The notes beneath the pieces are model-generated. The model saw nothing but the letters and a program-made list of their open reading frames with translations, was not told the DNA's origin and made no database searches. From the human T2T-CHM13v2.0 reference genome, Homo sapiens, in the NCBI RefSeq assembly GCF_009914755.1, contig NC_060944.1: 64,000 nucleotides of DNA; one strand, written 5' to 3'. The position numbers and the translations under genes were made by a program. Positions 51,354 through 64,000 of the stretch are shown in pieces; within the stretch, counting starts at the first letter, position 1, and every line of letters begins with the position of its first letter.

Positions 51354-51824
51354 GATTTTTTGCCTCTTCCAGCTTCTGGCAGCTGCCAGCCTCCCCTGGC
51401 TTGTGTCCATATCACTCCATTCTCTGCCTTTATGGTCACGTGGCCTCTGTCTCTCTCTCATTAGGATACCCGTGATTGTATTGAGAGCTCACATAAATAA
51501 TCCAGGATAATCTCCCATCTTAAAATCCTGAATCACATCCACAAAGACTTTGCCATATAAGGTGACACCAGTTTAGGGCATAGACACCTTGGAGGGACCT
51601 CATTCAGCCTATGGCACAAGTCATTCCAGCCTTTAGAAGCATCAGTTTGAGGCTGGGGGTGCTAGCTTAGTGCCCCTCATTTTATGGGTGAGATCAATGT
51701 TCACACTGGAAGGCACTGATTGAGAATCACACCTTTCAAAGGGAGGAGCTGCCTGCAAGTCAACCACCTGGACCTTCAGTGGAGCAGCATACTCACCCTC
51801 ATGAATCTATTCAGTCTCTTCACC

Positions 51825-51968
51825 ACCTCCAGCCTGGATGTCCCCTTATCCACCAGTGGGAATAATATGAATGCCTGTCTCCTAGCTTTTCTGTAAGGAT
51901 TATGTGACAGGGCTCATGTGAAGTGCCTGGGATACATTTGGATGTCTTAGAACATTAGCTACAATCAC
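51825..51968 (+). mobile_element. MIR fragment
   Basis: gggaataatatgaatgcctgtctc and gtaaggattatgtgac...catgtgaagtgcctgg. Confidence 0.55.
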
Positions 51969-52599
51969 TGCTTTTCTTGTTGGCTAAGTTCCCTTGGAAC
52001 TTAAGGGTCTATGAGATGAATCCGTGCTTTTCAAAGGCTTCCTAAGTACTCACTAATTACTCAGCAGTATCCCTGGCAGGCCAATGGCTCAGGAGTGAGT
52101 GAAAATAAAAGGCAAGAGAAACTTCCTTTGTGGTCATATTTATCCTTTGATGACTTTGGATTTACTCTGACAGAGCCACTTGGGCATGTGAGATGCTTTC
52201 CTCCTCACTGGGAGCCAAGTAGGTGGAAGATAGGGCAGGAAGTCTGTTTCAGTTCTTCTAAGTGACCAAGAGTAAATCCCTTGAACATTAGTGCACTTTC
52301 GAAAAGGCTCAATTCTTCCCATTTGCCCTGAGCTGTGCGGTGTTCATTCTTTCCCCTCTGTAGGCCAAAGTTGGAAAGTTCTTCCTTAATGGCCTGGCTC
52401 AGAGCGAATCTAACACATCAGTTGTTACTTAAAACTAAATAACTAAAAGATAATGAAAGCCTTCACTATGGATATTTAAATCCCTCCCAGCTGCAATCTG
52501 CAGTTCTCACTGTGTGCCCTTTGGAATGGTGATGAGCAGTTCCTTCAAATGTCGCTGTCATGGCTGGACCAAGAAGAGGCCCCCTGTGCAGCCACTTTT

Positions 52600-52983
52600 G
52601 CCAGTAGAGTTGTCATGGACCCTTGTCAGGCCTCGCTTTCAAAACCGTCATCGTGGCCACATGGAGTAGCCATAACCATTTGCTGTAGCCAATGCAATGT
52701 GAATGGAAGTAGCTGAAGCAGAGATGTGCAATGCACCTGTGCAGGTGCGATCAGCCCCTAGGCTCCTGCCATCACATAAGAAGCATGCCCTCAGGGTGGA
52801 TCCCCAAACAGAGCAGACCCAAACCCACCCACCTGCAGCCTGGAGAGGCGCACGGCTGAAGTCAGCCAAACTCAGCCAAGAAGAGCCACACTTTTGAGCT
52901 GGGAATCAGAAAAAGAAGTGTGTGCTGCTGTAGTCACTGAGATGTTGATGTTCTTGGTTACACAGCAAAACATGATTAGCACA
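52600..52983 (+). mobile_element. MLT1I-like MaLR LTR
   Basis: gccaatgcaatgtgaatggaagt, acctgcagcctggag and cactgagatgtt...gttacacagcaa. Confidence 0.65.
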
Positions 52984-54184
52984 GAGTCTTCCTCCCCTTG
53001 GTCTGTGGCTGCCTGAGAAGAGGCCCCACACCTACCCAACAGGTGCCAGGACTAGAATGGACACTGAAATAGTCATCAAAAACAGCACTGAGAGAGAAAA
53101 GTTTAGATTGGACTCAATCTTAAATGAATTTTCCTTAAATGAATCCCATGAGCCTGTGACAGGCAGTCCTGACAGAGCTGGTGAAGGGAGAGCTGGAAGT
53201 CTCATCAATCCATAATTGATGGTGTGGGATCAGCTGTAGCTATTTCTGTGATCTCATATTGCAGATCTCATGCAGAGATGCTTGATTCAGCCATACGGGT
53301 TCAGAACACCCATCTGACCCCAAATCAGACCTGTGATGCCCATTTCTCCTTCCAGCTCTATCTATGAAGTGGGCTCAAAGTTGGGTCATAAACTGGGTGG
53401 CCTTAGTTGTAAGGTTTCCTGGGACTCGTGCAAGCTGTCCGGGAGAGGAGATCATGCCAGGAAGAGCCACGCCAGGACAAAGGTCATGGACTGGCTATTG
53501 GAGAACACCCAAAATTGGGGTTGAAGTTATGGTGGGCGACCATTATGAGAGGCATGAGATACAGCAGGGGCCTTTTGTCAGGCCCAGTACTTCCAGGCCG
53601 GTGGGTGGAATTGCCTGGTTCAAGAAGGGGCAGGAGGGCGGGTTGTGGCTGTCCACTGGAGCAGCCTTCAGTGTGGGCAGCTGGAGAGTTTGATGCTCGG
53701 TGGAGTTGGATGAAAAAAGAGGAAACCTAGTTCGATTTCCTGGGAAAGGGAGTTCCAAAGCTTGTCAGGAATAACAAAGAGGCACAGTCCAAGCTCAAAG
53801 GCTAGAAGTTTGGCAGGAAACAGGGGTTCCAGGAGAAGCCCAGGAAATAGGCTGGGTAAGCAGTGGGGGCTAAGAGGAGAATGCAGCTGGGGGACACAGT
53901 TGGGCCCAGGATGGCTTGGACCTGTCTGGCCCAGACACATCCATAACCCCCAGGCCCCATTGTTTCTCATCAACCCCTGAGGATATAGAATAAGCACATC
54001 TGAGTGTCAGAGCAGGGCAGATCGGACTCAGGTTACACGGGCAGGTGTTGGCCCACGTTGTCTGGGCTCCACTGAAGGCTGTGTTTCCAGTTGCTGTGGA
54101 GCCCCGACAGCTGATGCCCATGGTGGGCTGGAGTCTGCACAGGACTTTCTGATCCAGCAGCACCTCCCACCTGGCGTCTCTCCT

Positions 54185-54375
54185 CACTTTCACTAGTAAC
54201 CCCTTCTGCCCCTTCTTGGCCTTCTTCATAGCACTTGCCATGCTTAACAATTCTACACTTGTCCAAGAGGGGAATTATATGTGTTTTGGTTCCTATTTCA
54301 GCCCCAGGGCCTGACACGTGGCCTGGCTCAGAGTGAACTCTTGAGAAACGTTAGTACACTGAAAAACAATGAAAA
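54185..54375 (+). mobile_element. L2 3' end
   Basis: cttcatagcactt and ccccagggcctgacacgtggcctggctcagagt. Confidence 0.6.
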
Positions 54376-55260
54376 AAAAAAAAGAATGAAGAAAGAAGAG
54401 TCAAGGCAGATCAACCAGGATCGACGCATCTGTGTCCCTCAAGTTAATGACATTTGATAAACAACTTCTTTGTCTGTTCCTTCCCTTTGTCTGTAGCCCA
54501 GGAGACACAGTGACAGAAGGACAATGCCTGGGCCTGAGCTGGGGGCTGCATTCCATTGCTGCCTCTTCCTGGCACAACCTATAATTGTTCTAACCCAGCA
54601 GAACTTCCGTGTTTGCATTTGTCTTAATGGGAGTAATAACAACAACTTCACAGTGCAATAAATAAATAATGGATATAAAGTGAGGTGCTTGTCACACGGC
54701 CAGAGATAAGTAAATTTTTGCTTCCTCTTGCACTTTGTCAAGGTTTAGTTTCTTGCTTGAAGGTAACAGAATTCAACTTTAAGCAAACTTAAACAGCAGA
54801 GGGAATTTATAGGTAGAGTCCTAGGGTGTGTCATAAAGTCCAGGGAGCCTCTGAAAGCCAGGTTCAGGAGGGACCATGAGCTGCTCTGGAGCTGGAGCAG
54901 TAGGGACGCCTAGGCCTTCACTTAAGTGTGGTGGTGACTTGCATTTGGTTTGACCAAGGAGAATACTGACTGGTTCTTGAGTCGGGTGCACTCCCCCTCT
55001 TGGTCTGATCATGGTCAAAGGAGCAGGGTCTCTTAGAATGAACAGGGAATGAAAGCCAGAAGCACCTCTTTCATGGGAGAAGTTGGTTATGCTCAAAGAA
55101 CAGGGGTAGGACATAAACAGGTGGTCTGTTTTAGTTATACTTTTCTGAGTCAGTTCTTCTACGAGATTGTCCTGGAGTCACCCAGCTGGTGACATTAGTT
55201 ATCTCCCTAGCAACGCTTTATTCTTCACTTTGGGCACTTAATGCCATTGCTTGTAACTTG

Positions 55261-55471
55261 GTATGTGTCTGTTCTTCTCCTCCCTATGCCTCTGCATCCC
55301 TCAAATGTATGTATCTGTTCTTCTCCCCATGCCTCTGCATTCTTCAAATGTAGGGGCCTTGTCTGATTATCTCCTTGTATCTCCATGATAAGCAAAGTGA
55401 CCAGCACAAAATGTAGGGGCCTTGTCTGATTATCCCTTTGTATCTCTATAGTAAGCAAAGTGACCAGTACA
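55261..55471 (+). repeat. Two adjacent tandem duplications (about 45 bp x2, then 63 bp x2) in an L2-like 3' end
   Basis: A1 55261-55306, A2 55307-55349, B1 55346-55408, B2 55409-55471. Confidence 0.9.
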
Positions 55472-56689
55472 TAATGGGCTTGATGACTGTGTGTGCTTGG
55501 CTGAGTAAGTGGTCATATGCAGACAGGAATAGAGGAGTAAACGCTCCAAGAGAAACATAAAGAAGCCCTACCCCTTAGTGTTTTACAACCCTGACCACTG
55601 GAGCCCCTAGCATTAAAAATAACTAATCTATTCATTCATCTTTTTCATACAGGGTGGGATCACATGCCTACTATGTGCTAGGTGCTGCCAGGCCAGGATC
55701 TTGCTTCCTTGATCTACAGACTAAGGTCTAGTCTGAAAGGGGTGTCCTTCAGGAGATAGGTTAACATCCAACACATTGGATGTGGTGATTGAATTCAACT
55801 TTCTTTCTACTTCCCCGAGTAATTGAATAAGTATTTCTTACTTAACAGCAGTACTAGTAATAGAAGAACTTGTTTTGGTCCAGCTTTTAAAAGACAATTC
55901 ATTCCCTGTGTTTTACTCTGGCATTTAGATCAATTATGTTGTGTCATTGCAAATTGTACAATTGCATAGTTTTCCAAGGTTTGAGCCAAATATTTTTTAA
56001 AAATTGCTGATTTGATAATTGAATGCCAGGAACTGAGGAGTCCTAGTAATCCTATTTCATGAGACTTCAGATGGCAGATTTTTCTAAGGGGCTATCATTT
56101 GACAATAAATGAATGTTTCATTGGATCTGTTGGAATTGTTTTTCTTTGAAAGTTAATTCATGGGTTTAAGCCCCTGCTGCTTTCCCTCCACTTCAGACCC
56201 CAGAAGTTATGTTGGATTCGGTTTTTCCACTCCTGGGAAGAAGCACTCTCAATTTTAAAGTCAAGGCATTATTTCTTCTTTTAAACACAGAAAGCGAATG
56301 GTAATTTACATTTTTGCCACAAGTGAGAATCAATAGGAATAAACTAAATGTTGATAAACTGACAGTAAATTTTGTGTTAAAGTTATTCTGTCACTATTAA
56401 AACAACTTTGCACTGGAAAACATAAAGTATCCAAGCCTGCTTCTTTTTCGTCAGGTAAATTGTGGGTAGTGCCATTCTTTGGTCTGTAAGCCCACAGACT
56501 CAGACTACGAGATCAAGTTTAAAATGTGTCCAAACTCCATATAATCTTCTCCCACTATCCCCTCTCTTGTCCCAGTGAAGAGGAGGGTGTATTACCACAT
56601 GCGTAATAGATGAGCAACCCAAGTCATTGCTTTCTGCCTGGGATGGATGGATGACCCAGGAGCTGAATGCCAAGCCCTCAAAAATATTA

Positions 56690-57215
56690 TACCATCAACA
56701 ATGGGACAAATCAAAATTGTCCACCACATGAAAAGATGAGGTGAGGATCAGCATTATTTCCCTGGAATTCCTGTCAATGATGCATAATCTGAATATAATC
56801 CCAAGGAAACATCAGACAAATTTGAAATGAGGGGCATCCTACCATGTAACTGGTCTGACCTCTTCAAACTCATCAAGTTCATGCAAGTCAAAAACGACGA
56901 AGGACATTTCACAAGTTGAAAACACCAAAAGATATGTGACAACTAAATGTAGTTGGTGATTCTGATCTGTATCCCTTTGCTACAGAGTACTTTAGTTGGA
57001 CATCTGAATGGAGTTCAACTCTAAGTTGATAGGAAGGCGTCAATGCTGATTTTCTGATTTGATGGTTGTATTGTGGTTATGAGAGTGGTGGAAGCTGGTA
57101 TGGTGTCATGTCTGCAACTTACTCTCAAATGGTTCAGGGAAAGAAGTCTTCTTAGATTTGCCCTTGAAACTTTTCTGGAAACTTCAGATTGCTTGCACAT
57201 TAAAAAATAATAATA
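56690..57215 (+). mobile_element. L1MC4-like LINE-1 3' UTR
   Basis: aaggaaacatcagacaaatttgaaatgaggggcatccta, gacaactaaatg and tcatgtctgcaacttactctcaaatggttcag. Confidence 0.8.
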
Positions 57216-60110
57216 GTAAGACCTGGGTTGAGGCCGTCTGAGACCATCCTGGCCACATGGTAGTCCTTCCTCCCCACCAACCAATAGGCACAGCATGGTG
57301 CAGCAGGCTGCCCATGTTCACTAAGCATTGATCCAGTTCTTCAGTCTCTTTAGTTAGGCTAAATATAATCCTTTATATATATTTATTCATTGCTATTATT
57401 TAATAGCTAAGTACCATTCCCCAAACAACCCCATGATTTTATCAACTGGAGAGCTGATAGTTTGGAGCACAAAAGCAATATCAGCTGTACAATGATGAAC
57501 CAGCACACCGGTATCACAATGTTCAAGCCTCTCATTTTACAGGTGAGGACAGGAAGGCAGGCACAGAGCAACAGGGAGGAGCCCGAGCTCACCCTCAATG
57601 TCCTCCCTCCTGGGCCAGTGTGCTCACCGCTGCTGTCTCCCTGCATTTCTTGCAAGGAACAGACACTTTAACATTGGCCTTGGCTTGGCTTTTCTCCCTG
57701 TGGCTTTGGGGGATAAAAAATAAAACTAAGCTCTAAGGTGGGTAGCCAGAGAGCACTCTCAAGGCTTCAACTAAACAGGAGGGCACTAATGGAAATAGAG
57801 GGGTGAGACAGAAAGAGCAAAAGAGCAAAGAGAAATTGAATATATTTTGATTGCTTTTTCTTTCACCTAGTTGTAATGGAAGACTGTGCTTGTGGGAAGC
57901 CCAGAGAGAGTGGTTCCTGGAACGGGTGTAGCTTTGTGGTTAAGAGTTTGAACTGTGGATTTAGGTTTCAACATAAACACAGGTCCGGTGAATAGCAAGT
58001 AGCCCGCATGCAGCTGGGGTGGACCTCGTCAGTCCAGATTGAAGACCTCATACCCAGTCTGAGAGACTGACGCTCCATGCTGCCAAGGGCAGGCAGAGGA
58101 GGAGGCAAATTCATGTGTGCATCCCAGTGTCCCTGCTTATGACATTGTTATAAACACTTCAAAGCATGACAGAACATGAAGATGGCAATGCACTTTGTGA
58201 AACAAGTGTCGCACATGTACCTGTTCTGCAGTAACATAAAAATAAATTTTAAATAACAAAGAGACCTGCATGATGTTTTCTTGTAGGCACGGGCAGTTGG
58301 AGGACAGTGAGGAAGCAGCTGGAGGAGATGGGAAGGTGCAGGTTTGCCCACGTGATCTGCAGCACACAAGATCTGTGCCAGGGACTGTGGGGCACTGATG
58401 ACAATGTGGCCCTTCATCACCAAGGAGCTGGCTGGGCCTCGTGAGAGCTGGTGGAAAGAAAGCAGGATGTCTCTGGCCCTCCTGTCTTCCTAGACTTGAA
58501 GAAAACAAGAAACAGAGTCAAGAAATTAGGAAAATGGAAAAAGATCTGAACACAACATCTGAAGAAAGGCTGCAAAACGCAGGGAAAATTAGATGCAGGT
58601 GAGAAAGACTGTGTGATGACAAGACTGGCCTCCAGAGGTCTTGGAGCCAGCAAGGCACCTTGTTCTCCCATCAGTGCACACTCTCGGGGCAAACAGTCCT
58701 TTGCTGGAAACAAAAGCTCCAGGTCGTTCAGGCCAGGGCTGCAGAAAATTCTAAGAATTATTCTGGATGCCACTGGGAGGCAGGAAGGTGGCATTGAGTG
58801 AGGGAACTTGCAGCTTCACCGTCTTTGAGATAAGCATGCACGTGGGGTGGGGAACCCAAGGGGAAGAATGACTGTCATTGGAAGGACCCCTAAGGCTGCT
58901 GGTGTTGGTCAGTAAAAAAGAGAAGGTGAAACCACCGCACAAAAACCTGGGACCTACAGGCTTCAGAATTAGCCTATAAATTTACTCTTGCCCTGAATAA
59001 AGATGGTAAAGGAGAGAGCAAGAAACTAAAATCCAGCATCCTCCCTCCACAGGAATGGCTGAGGGCTGCCAGCCACATCACACTCAGCCACCAGGGGCTC
59101 AAGTCCTCAGTGCCAAAGGAGGCTCTGGGAGGCAAAGCCAAGAGTCTTCCACAATGAGGGATGTGGCAGAAGCAAGTCCAGTAAAAGAAAAGCAACTAAG
59201 GCTTTTACTTTTTTATGCGAAGAAACATTTTATAGTTTTATTTGAAGAAAGGAAGTGGATTCTCCACACAGCATGTTAAGCACACGCACAGCAGCCAGAA
59301 AGCTGAAGAACTGACAGGAAATATGTGCGGCTAGATCAGGTCCTATGGAAAACCTGGCCAGCCTCTGGATGAGGAACTCACTGGGGAAAATGAAAGAGTT
59401 TTAACGTGTATTCCAACTACTGACAGTCGAATTGTGTACACTTGGACCATGTCTACTCTGCTAAATGTAACAAGGGAGGAAACAGTCCTGCGGGTTGAAA
59501 TGAGATTCCTTGGTCCACTGCTCATGAACAAAGTCTCCATGGATTTGGAAATGATGCCATTGTCTCTGGATTACCGCTGAGTCCTATGGAGAGTTGAGGA
59601 AACAAGGTCCTGAGCCCGAAATGCTTCCATCTTGATAATACTTTGCAATTCACACTCTTTAATATGAGAAATAGAAATGACTCTAATTTGGAAGATGCAA
59701 AAAGCAAGGAGATAAATTAGGATAAAAACTAGATTTGGGTTAACAGTGCAGATAAAAGAGGAATAAAATAAAAAGGCATGGCAGTTTATTAGCTGTCCAG
59801 CAGCTGCAGCTCACTTTGATGAGCCAAGAAAAGAACTTAAGGAATATGAACCAGTTATTAGAGAAAAGCACCACATCAGCTTTAGTTAGCAAGAATGAAA
59901 GACTGGCTAAAGGACAGAGGAAGGGAAATGCAAATGGACCCTCATTAGTACTTGGCTCAAGTTTGGAGTATTTAAAACTCTTTTGAGACCCAGATAAAAA
60001 TATTTAAAAAACAAATAGGAAAGGGAGAGCACAACATTCAATTGAGGTCACGCTTAAAGAGAGATAATTCACAGTGATTTAAATGAATGCTACACAAAAC
60101 ATGGGCCTGA

Positions 60111-60115
<5 letters not shown>

Positions 60116-60159
<44 letters not shown>
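60116..60159. repeat. (AT)22 microsatellite
   Basis: Perfect alternating AT. Confidence 0.97.
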
Positions 60160-60162
<3 letters not shown>

Positions 60163-60254
60163 CATGCTTTAAGTTAAAGTGAAAAAAGACCATAGCATTT
60201 TTCTTTATTTTTTTGAAAGAGAACCATATTTAATTTTATCTTAATGTATGGCAG

Positions 60255-60817
60255 TTTATTATATTATTTTACTTTAAGCGATACATGTGCAGAACGTTCA
60301 GGTTTGTTAAATAGGTATACATGTGCCATGGTGGTTTGCTGCACCTATCAACCCATCATCTGGGTTTTAAGCCCTGCATGCATTGGGTATTTGTCCTAAT
60401 GCTTTCCCTCCCTTCACCCACAAACCCCCAGCTGGCCCCGGTATGTGTGATATTTCCCTCCCTGTGTCCATACACATGGACACACTGAACACTCTCATTG
60501 TTCAACTCCCACTTATGAGTGAGAACATGCAGTGTTTGGTTTTCTGTTCCTGTGTTAGTTTGCTGAGAATGATGGTTTCCAGCTTCATCTATGTCCATGC
60601 AAAGGACATAAACTCATTCTTTTTTATGGCTGCATATTATTCCATGGTGTATATGTGCCACATTTTCTTTATCCAGTCTATCATCGATGGGCATTTGGGT
60701 TGGTTCCAAGTCTTTGCTATTGTAAATAGTGCTGCAATAAACATATGTGTGCATGTGTCTTTATAGTAGAATGATTTATAATCCTTTTGGTATATACCCA
60801 GTAATGGGATTACTAGG
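60255..60817 (-). mobile_element. L1PA8-like LINE-1 3' end
   Basis: ttttaagccctgcatgcattgggtatttgtcctaatgc, atggctgcatattattccatggtgtatatgtgccaca and tatacccagtaatgggatt. Confidence 0.92.
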
Positions 60818-60960
60818 ACCTCAGCATTTTCAATATTTCAAGGACAACAGCTGATTTTCTTATGGCTCCAAGTAAGTTCACTAGTATTCATACACCAGTC
60901 CCAAAGTATACAGATAGACCAGCATAAAAATAATCTAAAAATTAGTGAAGCATAAGGGAG

Positions 60961-61460
60961 GTATATTAGCTAAAATATAGGTCTAGATGCTTTAAAACAG
61001 AGAGAGTAAGAGCAGCCTAAGTAAAACAGAAGTGTGTTTCTCTCTCAGACATAAGTCCAGATGAGTACGCGATCCATGAGAGCAGCATGACTCTGTTCCC
61101 CAAATGGTCCGGGAACTCAGACACTGTGTAGCCTTGCTCTCCTGTCCCCATGGTGTGCCTCCATCTTCATGGTTCAAGATGGCTCATGACTGAAATAGCT
61201 GAGTCCAGGTTGTGGAAAGGGCCAGGAGGGCTAAAAGAGAAGCAGTGTCCTTTTAAACGCACAACAAGGCAGTTGCACTTATCATTTCTGTTCATAGACC
61301 ATTGGCCACAACTCAGTCACATGGAGCTACCAACATCTAGGACATGCAGTTCTGAGCCAGGTAACCATGTAATAAGACTGGGATAGAGGATAGAGGCACG
61401 TTCTCTTACTTAAAGAAAAAGGTGGCAGATGGATACTAGAAGTCAGTCGGCAGTGTGGGC
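60961..61460 (-). mobile_element. MLT1J-like MaLR LTR
   Basis: agaagtgtgtttctctctca, catggttcaagatggct and cattggccacaactcagtcacatgg. Confidence 0.7.
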
Positions 61461-61574
61461 ACCCAGGTTCCTTCTAATGTCTTGCTCCACCAGCCCCCGA
61501 AGTGTTGCTGTAACTGCACAGTCTCATTCTAACTGGACCTACTCTGTCAATAGCAGGATTTTAAGTTATTGTAC

Positions 61575-62031
61575 AGTTACAGAGCCAAGAAGTTGCAAGT
61601 TAGGCAGCCAAGACATGTGTAGTGAAAAAGCTCTGACCTGTAACAACACCCAGAGCCAACATATCCTCCTTGCAGAATCAAAAAGGCCAGGGCATGACCA
61701 GAATTTGAATGCTGGAACCCTTTCAGAAGTGAGGGATCCATTAACTGGGAAGATCCACTGCTGAAATCTACCATTCCATACCTTACCATAAATGGCCTAG
61801 TTTGAAGGCCTCCAAAAGAAACCTGCCCTACCAGCACTTCTGCACCTAAACCTGTCCTCCCTGACCCAGAAAACTTGTCCCGGACCTCAGACCAAGGAGA
61901 GAGATTTGAGCTGTGCCTCCTGTCTCCTTACCAGTTGACCTCGCACTAAAGCCTCTTTTTCTTCCTCCAAAGCCAGTACCATGGTAAAGGCTTCTATGCA
62001 TGTCAAACGGTGAATGCATTGCTCAGTAATG
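61575..62031 (+). mobile_element. LTR47-like ERVL solo LTR
   Basis: aaaaagctctgacctgtaacaacacccagagccaa, cataccttaccataaatgg and gagagatttgagc...ctcctgtctcctt. Confidence 0.7.
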
Positions 62032-62034
62032 GTG

Positions 62035-62300
62035 CTTCCATCACACGCTCAAAGCTGGCCCAGCATTGCCTTGTCTGTGCTCCAGCTAGTGGAAAGGGAA
62101 AGAGAATGTGCAGAGCAAACAGCTGCCTTTGAAGGACGAAACTAGGAAGTTGCACATGTTCTTGCTCATCAATTTCTTCTGCCAAATCTTAGTCTCATGG
62201 CCTCATCTACCTGCAAGTGAGTCTGGGAAACATCTGGGGACATGGGAGTTCTATGAATAACAGGGAGAAATGGAGAATAATTATTGCGAGATAAGTCAAA
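62035..62300 (-). mobile_element. MLT1J-like MaLR LTR fragment
   Basis: ggaagttgcaca and cttagtctcatggcctcatctacctgcaagtgagtctgggaaa. Confidence 0.55.
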
Positions 62301-63911
62301 ATCTCAAACACAAATAATTGAAAATGTAACTGCTGAGAGGGTGTTCAATCTACTTAAGATACTAACAAATTGCTCTTAGGTCCTAATAGACCCATGGTGC
62401 TTCTAATGAGAAAGAATCTTTATTACTCAAATGTGTCGAGCTGGATTTCAAAGTTGGAAACATTTTGTGTGTTCTTAAGAAAGAATGATTTTTTTTTTTT
62501 TTAAGAAACAGTTTGTCATTTGGAAGGCATTTTCAGCAATTTTGTTCGAATTAGAGCGGCTTCACTGAAAGGGGCAGTGCAACTCCAGAACAGGGTTTCC
62601 CTGACTATGTTTTGTTTATGCCTTGTGAAATAATTTTGCAAAACAGATGCATAACCTCCTCCCCTTGACAGTTTCACAGAACATGTTGCACGTTAAAGCT
62701 CTTACAAGTGCTGCAGGAAAGAATCTGGCATACCTTTCCTAAGCCAGCCTAAGCCAAACTTACTTGATCATTGAGGCCCTTCTTACAATGCCCTTTTCAC
62801 CCTCCAATGCAACTAGCACTTCATGGGGGCACATTTGGGGAAAGACTTTCTAGCATGGTAGGCATTGTAACAAACAAGCCATATACACGGTTTCTAAGTC
62901 ATGGCCTGTCACTAAGAACATTGAGTCACATGGAGTGAGAATTGACTAACTGCAAGACCCTTGCGTACCACCCAAACTCCTTGGTATGTGATAAGAGGGA
63001 ATTTGGCCAGATTACATCTAATACTAGGTATTAGAGATCATGTCCCTTCTTTTTCTGTTACTATGTATGAATAAACCGAAAGGATCATACTTTTAGGAAA
63101 AATAGTTTCTTGGGGCAAGAAATAAGTCTGCCCTTCATTGTAGCCCAGGGTCTTCCTTGCAACAGGCTTACGGTCTTAATAAATTGCTCTGAATGAGTGA
63201 ATGAATGAGTGAAGGGGATCCTAAGAGATCAGGTGATCTCCCACCTTCAGAGAGATAGTACATGATTGATCCCCTACAGAGGGAGCCCCTGAGGTAGAAA
63301 TGCCAGTGACTTACTCGGCCAGAAGGTGACAGGAAGGGGTGGGGGTTCCTGGTGCCTGCCCTGCCCCCAGGGCCCTGTCCTTCCTTCCATTCCATAGTGG
63401 TGGAATCTAGTTATACCAAGGTTATGAAACAGGGCCAAGAAATAAAGGCTATACATGAAAGTAATTTGGAAAGACCAGTCTTTTTTTTCATTGCTGTTTG
63501 GATCAGAATTTAGCTGTGATGAGAAATCTTCATCTCGTCATGGGAAAATGCTCATTAGAATGTCAAGGGGTAAAAGCAAGATTCAAATCTATGGATGGGG
63601 CATATCATTTCACATTTGTGAAAAAATGTCCAGGCTATAGCTGTGTAGACATAGGCATGAAAAAAACTGGAAAGAAATATATAGATACACTATAATTTTT
63701 ATCCCTGGAAGTAGGGTTATGAGTGACTCTATTATTATTATTTTATTCTTTTCAGTAAATAAACTAGATTTACCAATCCATGCTTATCAACACTGTCACA
63801 GTCACATTAACTTTTTGCCTCCAATCTGCTGGCCCAGTAGCCCCAGTGGTAGCCTTCATACCTGCTTGGCCCTGTCACCAGCAGCAGGCTGCCTCATGCA
63901 AGCAAGGAGGT

Positions 63912-64000
63912 TCTTTGTTTTCTTTCTTTTTGAGACGAAGTCTTGCTCTTTAGCCCAGGCTGGAATGCAGTGGTGCGGTCTTGGCTCACTGCAAGCTCCA
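63912..64000 (-). mobile_element. AluY-like SINE cut by the window edge
   Basis: T-rich tail, then gagacgaagtcttgctct and gctcactgcaagctcc. Confidence 0.9.

Larger units (their letters stand above)
50655..51616 (-). mobile_element. MLT1B MaLR LTR split by a MER57-type LTR
   Basis: aaatcagtttcactgggccaaaatcaagg...gagaaaatctgttc, resuming as ttgcctcttccagcttctgg and taatccaggataatctcccatct. Confidence 0.85.

Overview
Primate (AluY/AluS/L1PA-bearing, probably human or ape) genomic DNA. It is CpG-depleted, has no CpG island and has no recognisable protein-coding gene, so it is intergenic or deep intronic. Much of the window is transposon relics: six Alus (all minus strand), L1PA/L1M/HAL1 fragments, L2, MIR, MaLR/ERVL/ERV1 solo LTRs, hAT MITEs and a near full-length Tigger1. 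The only ORFs with a recognisable product are decayed Tigger1 transposase pieces. The most notable items are two 3'-truncated tailless 5S rRNA retrocopies 7.3 kb apart, an old 58-59 bp tandem array in apparently unique DNA, and six CCAAT/NF-Y boxes at exact 24-bp spacing in a MER57-type LTR. Also notable are a nested insertion stack that splits one MIR over about 3.9 kb and several templated inverted-insertion (template-switch) scars. I found no convincing new biological system. Repeat subfamily names come from recalled consensus sequences, and ends without a target-site duplication (TSD) are approximate.
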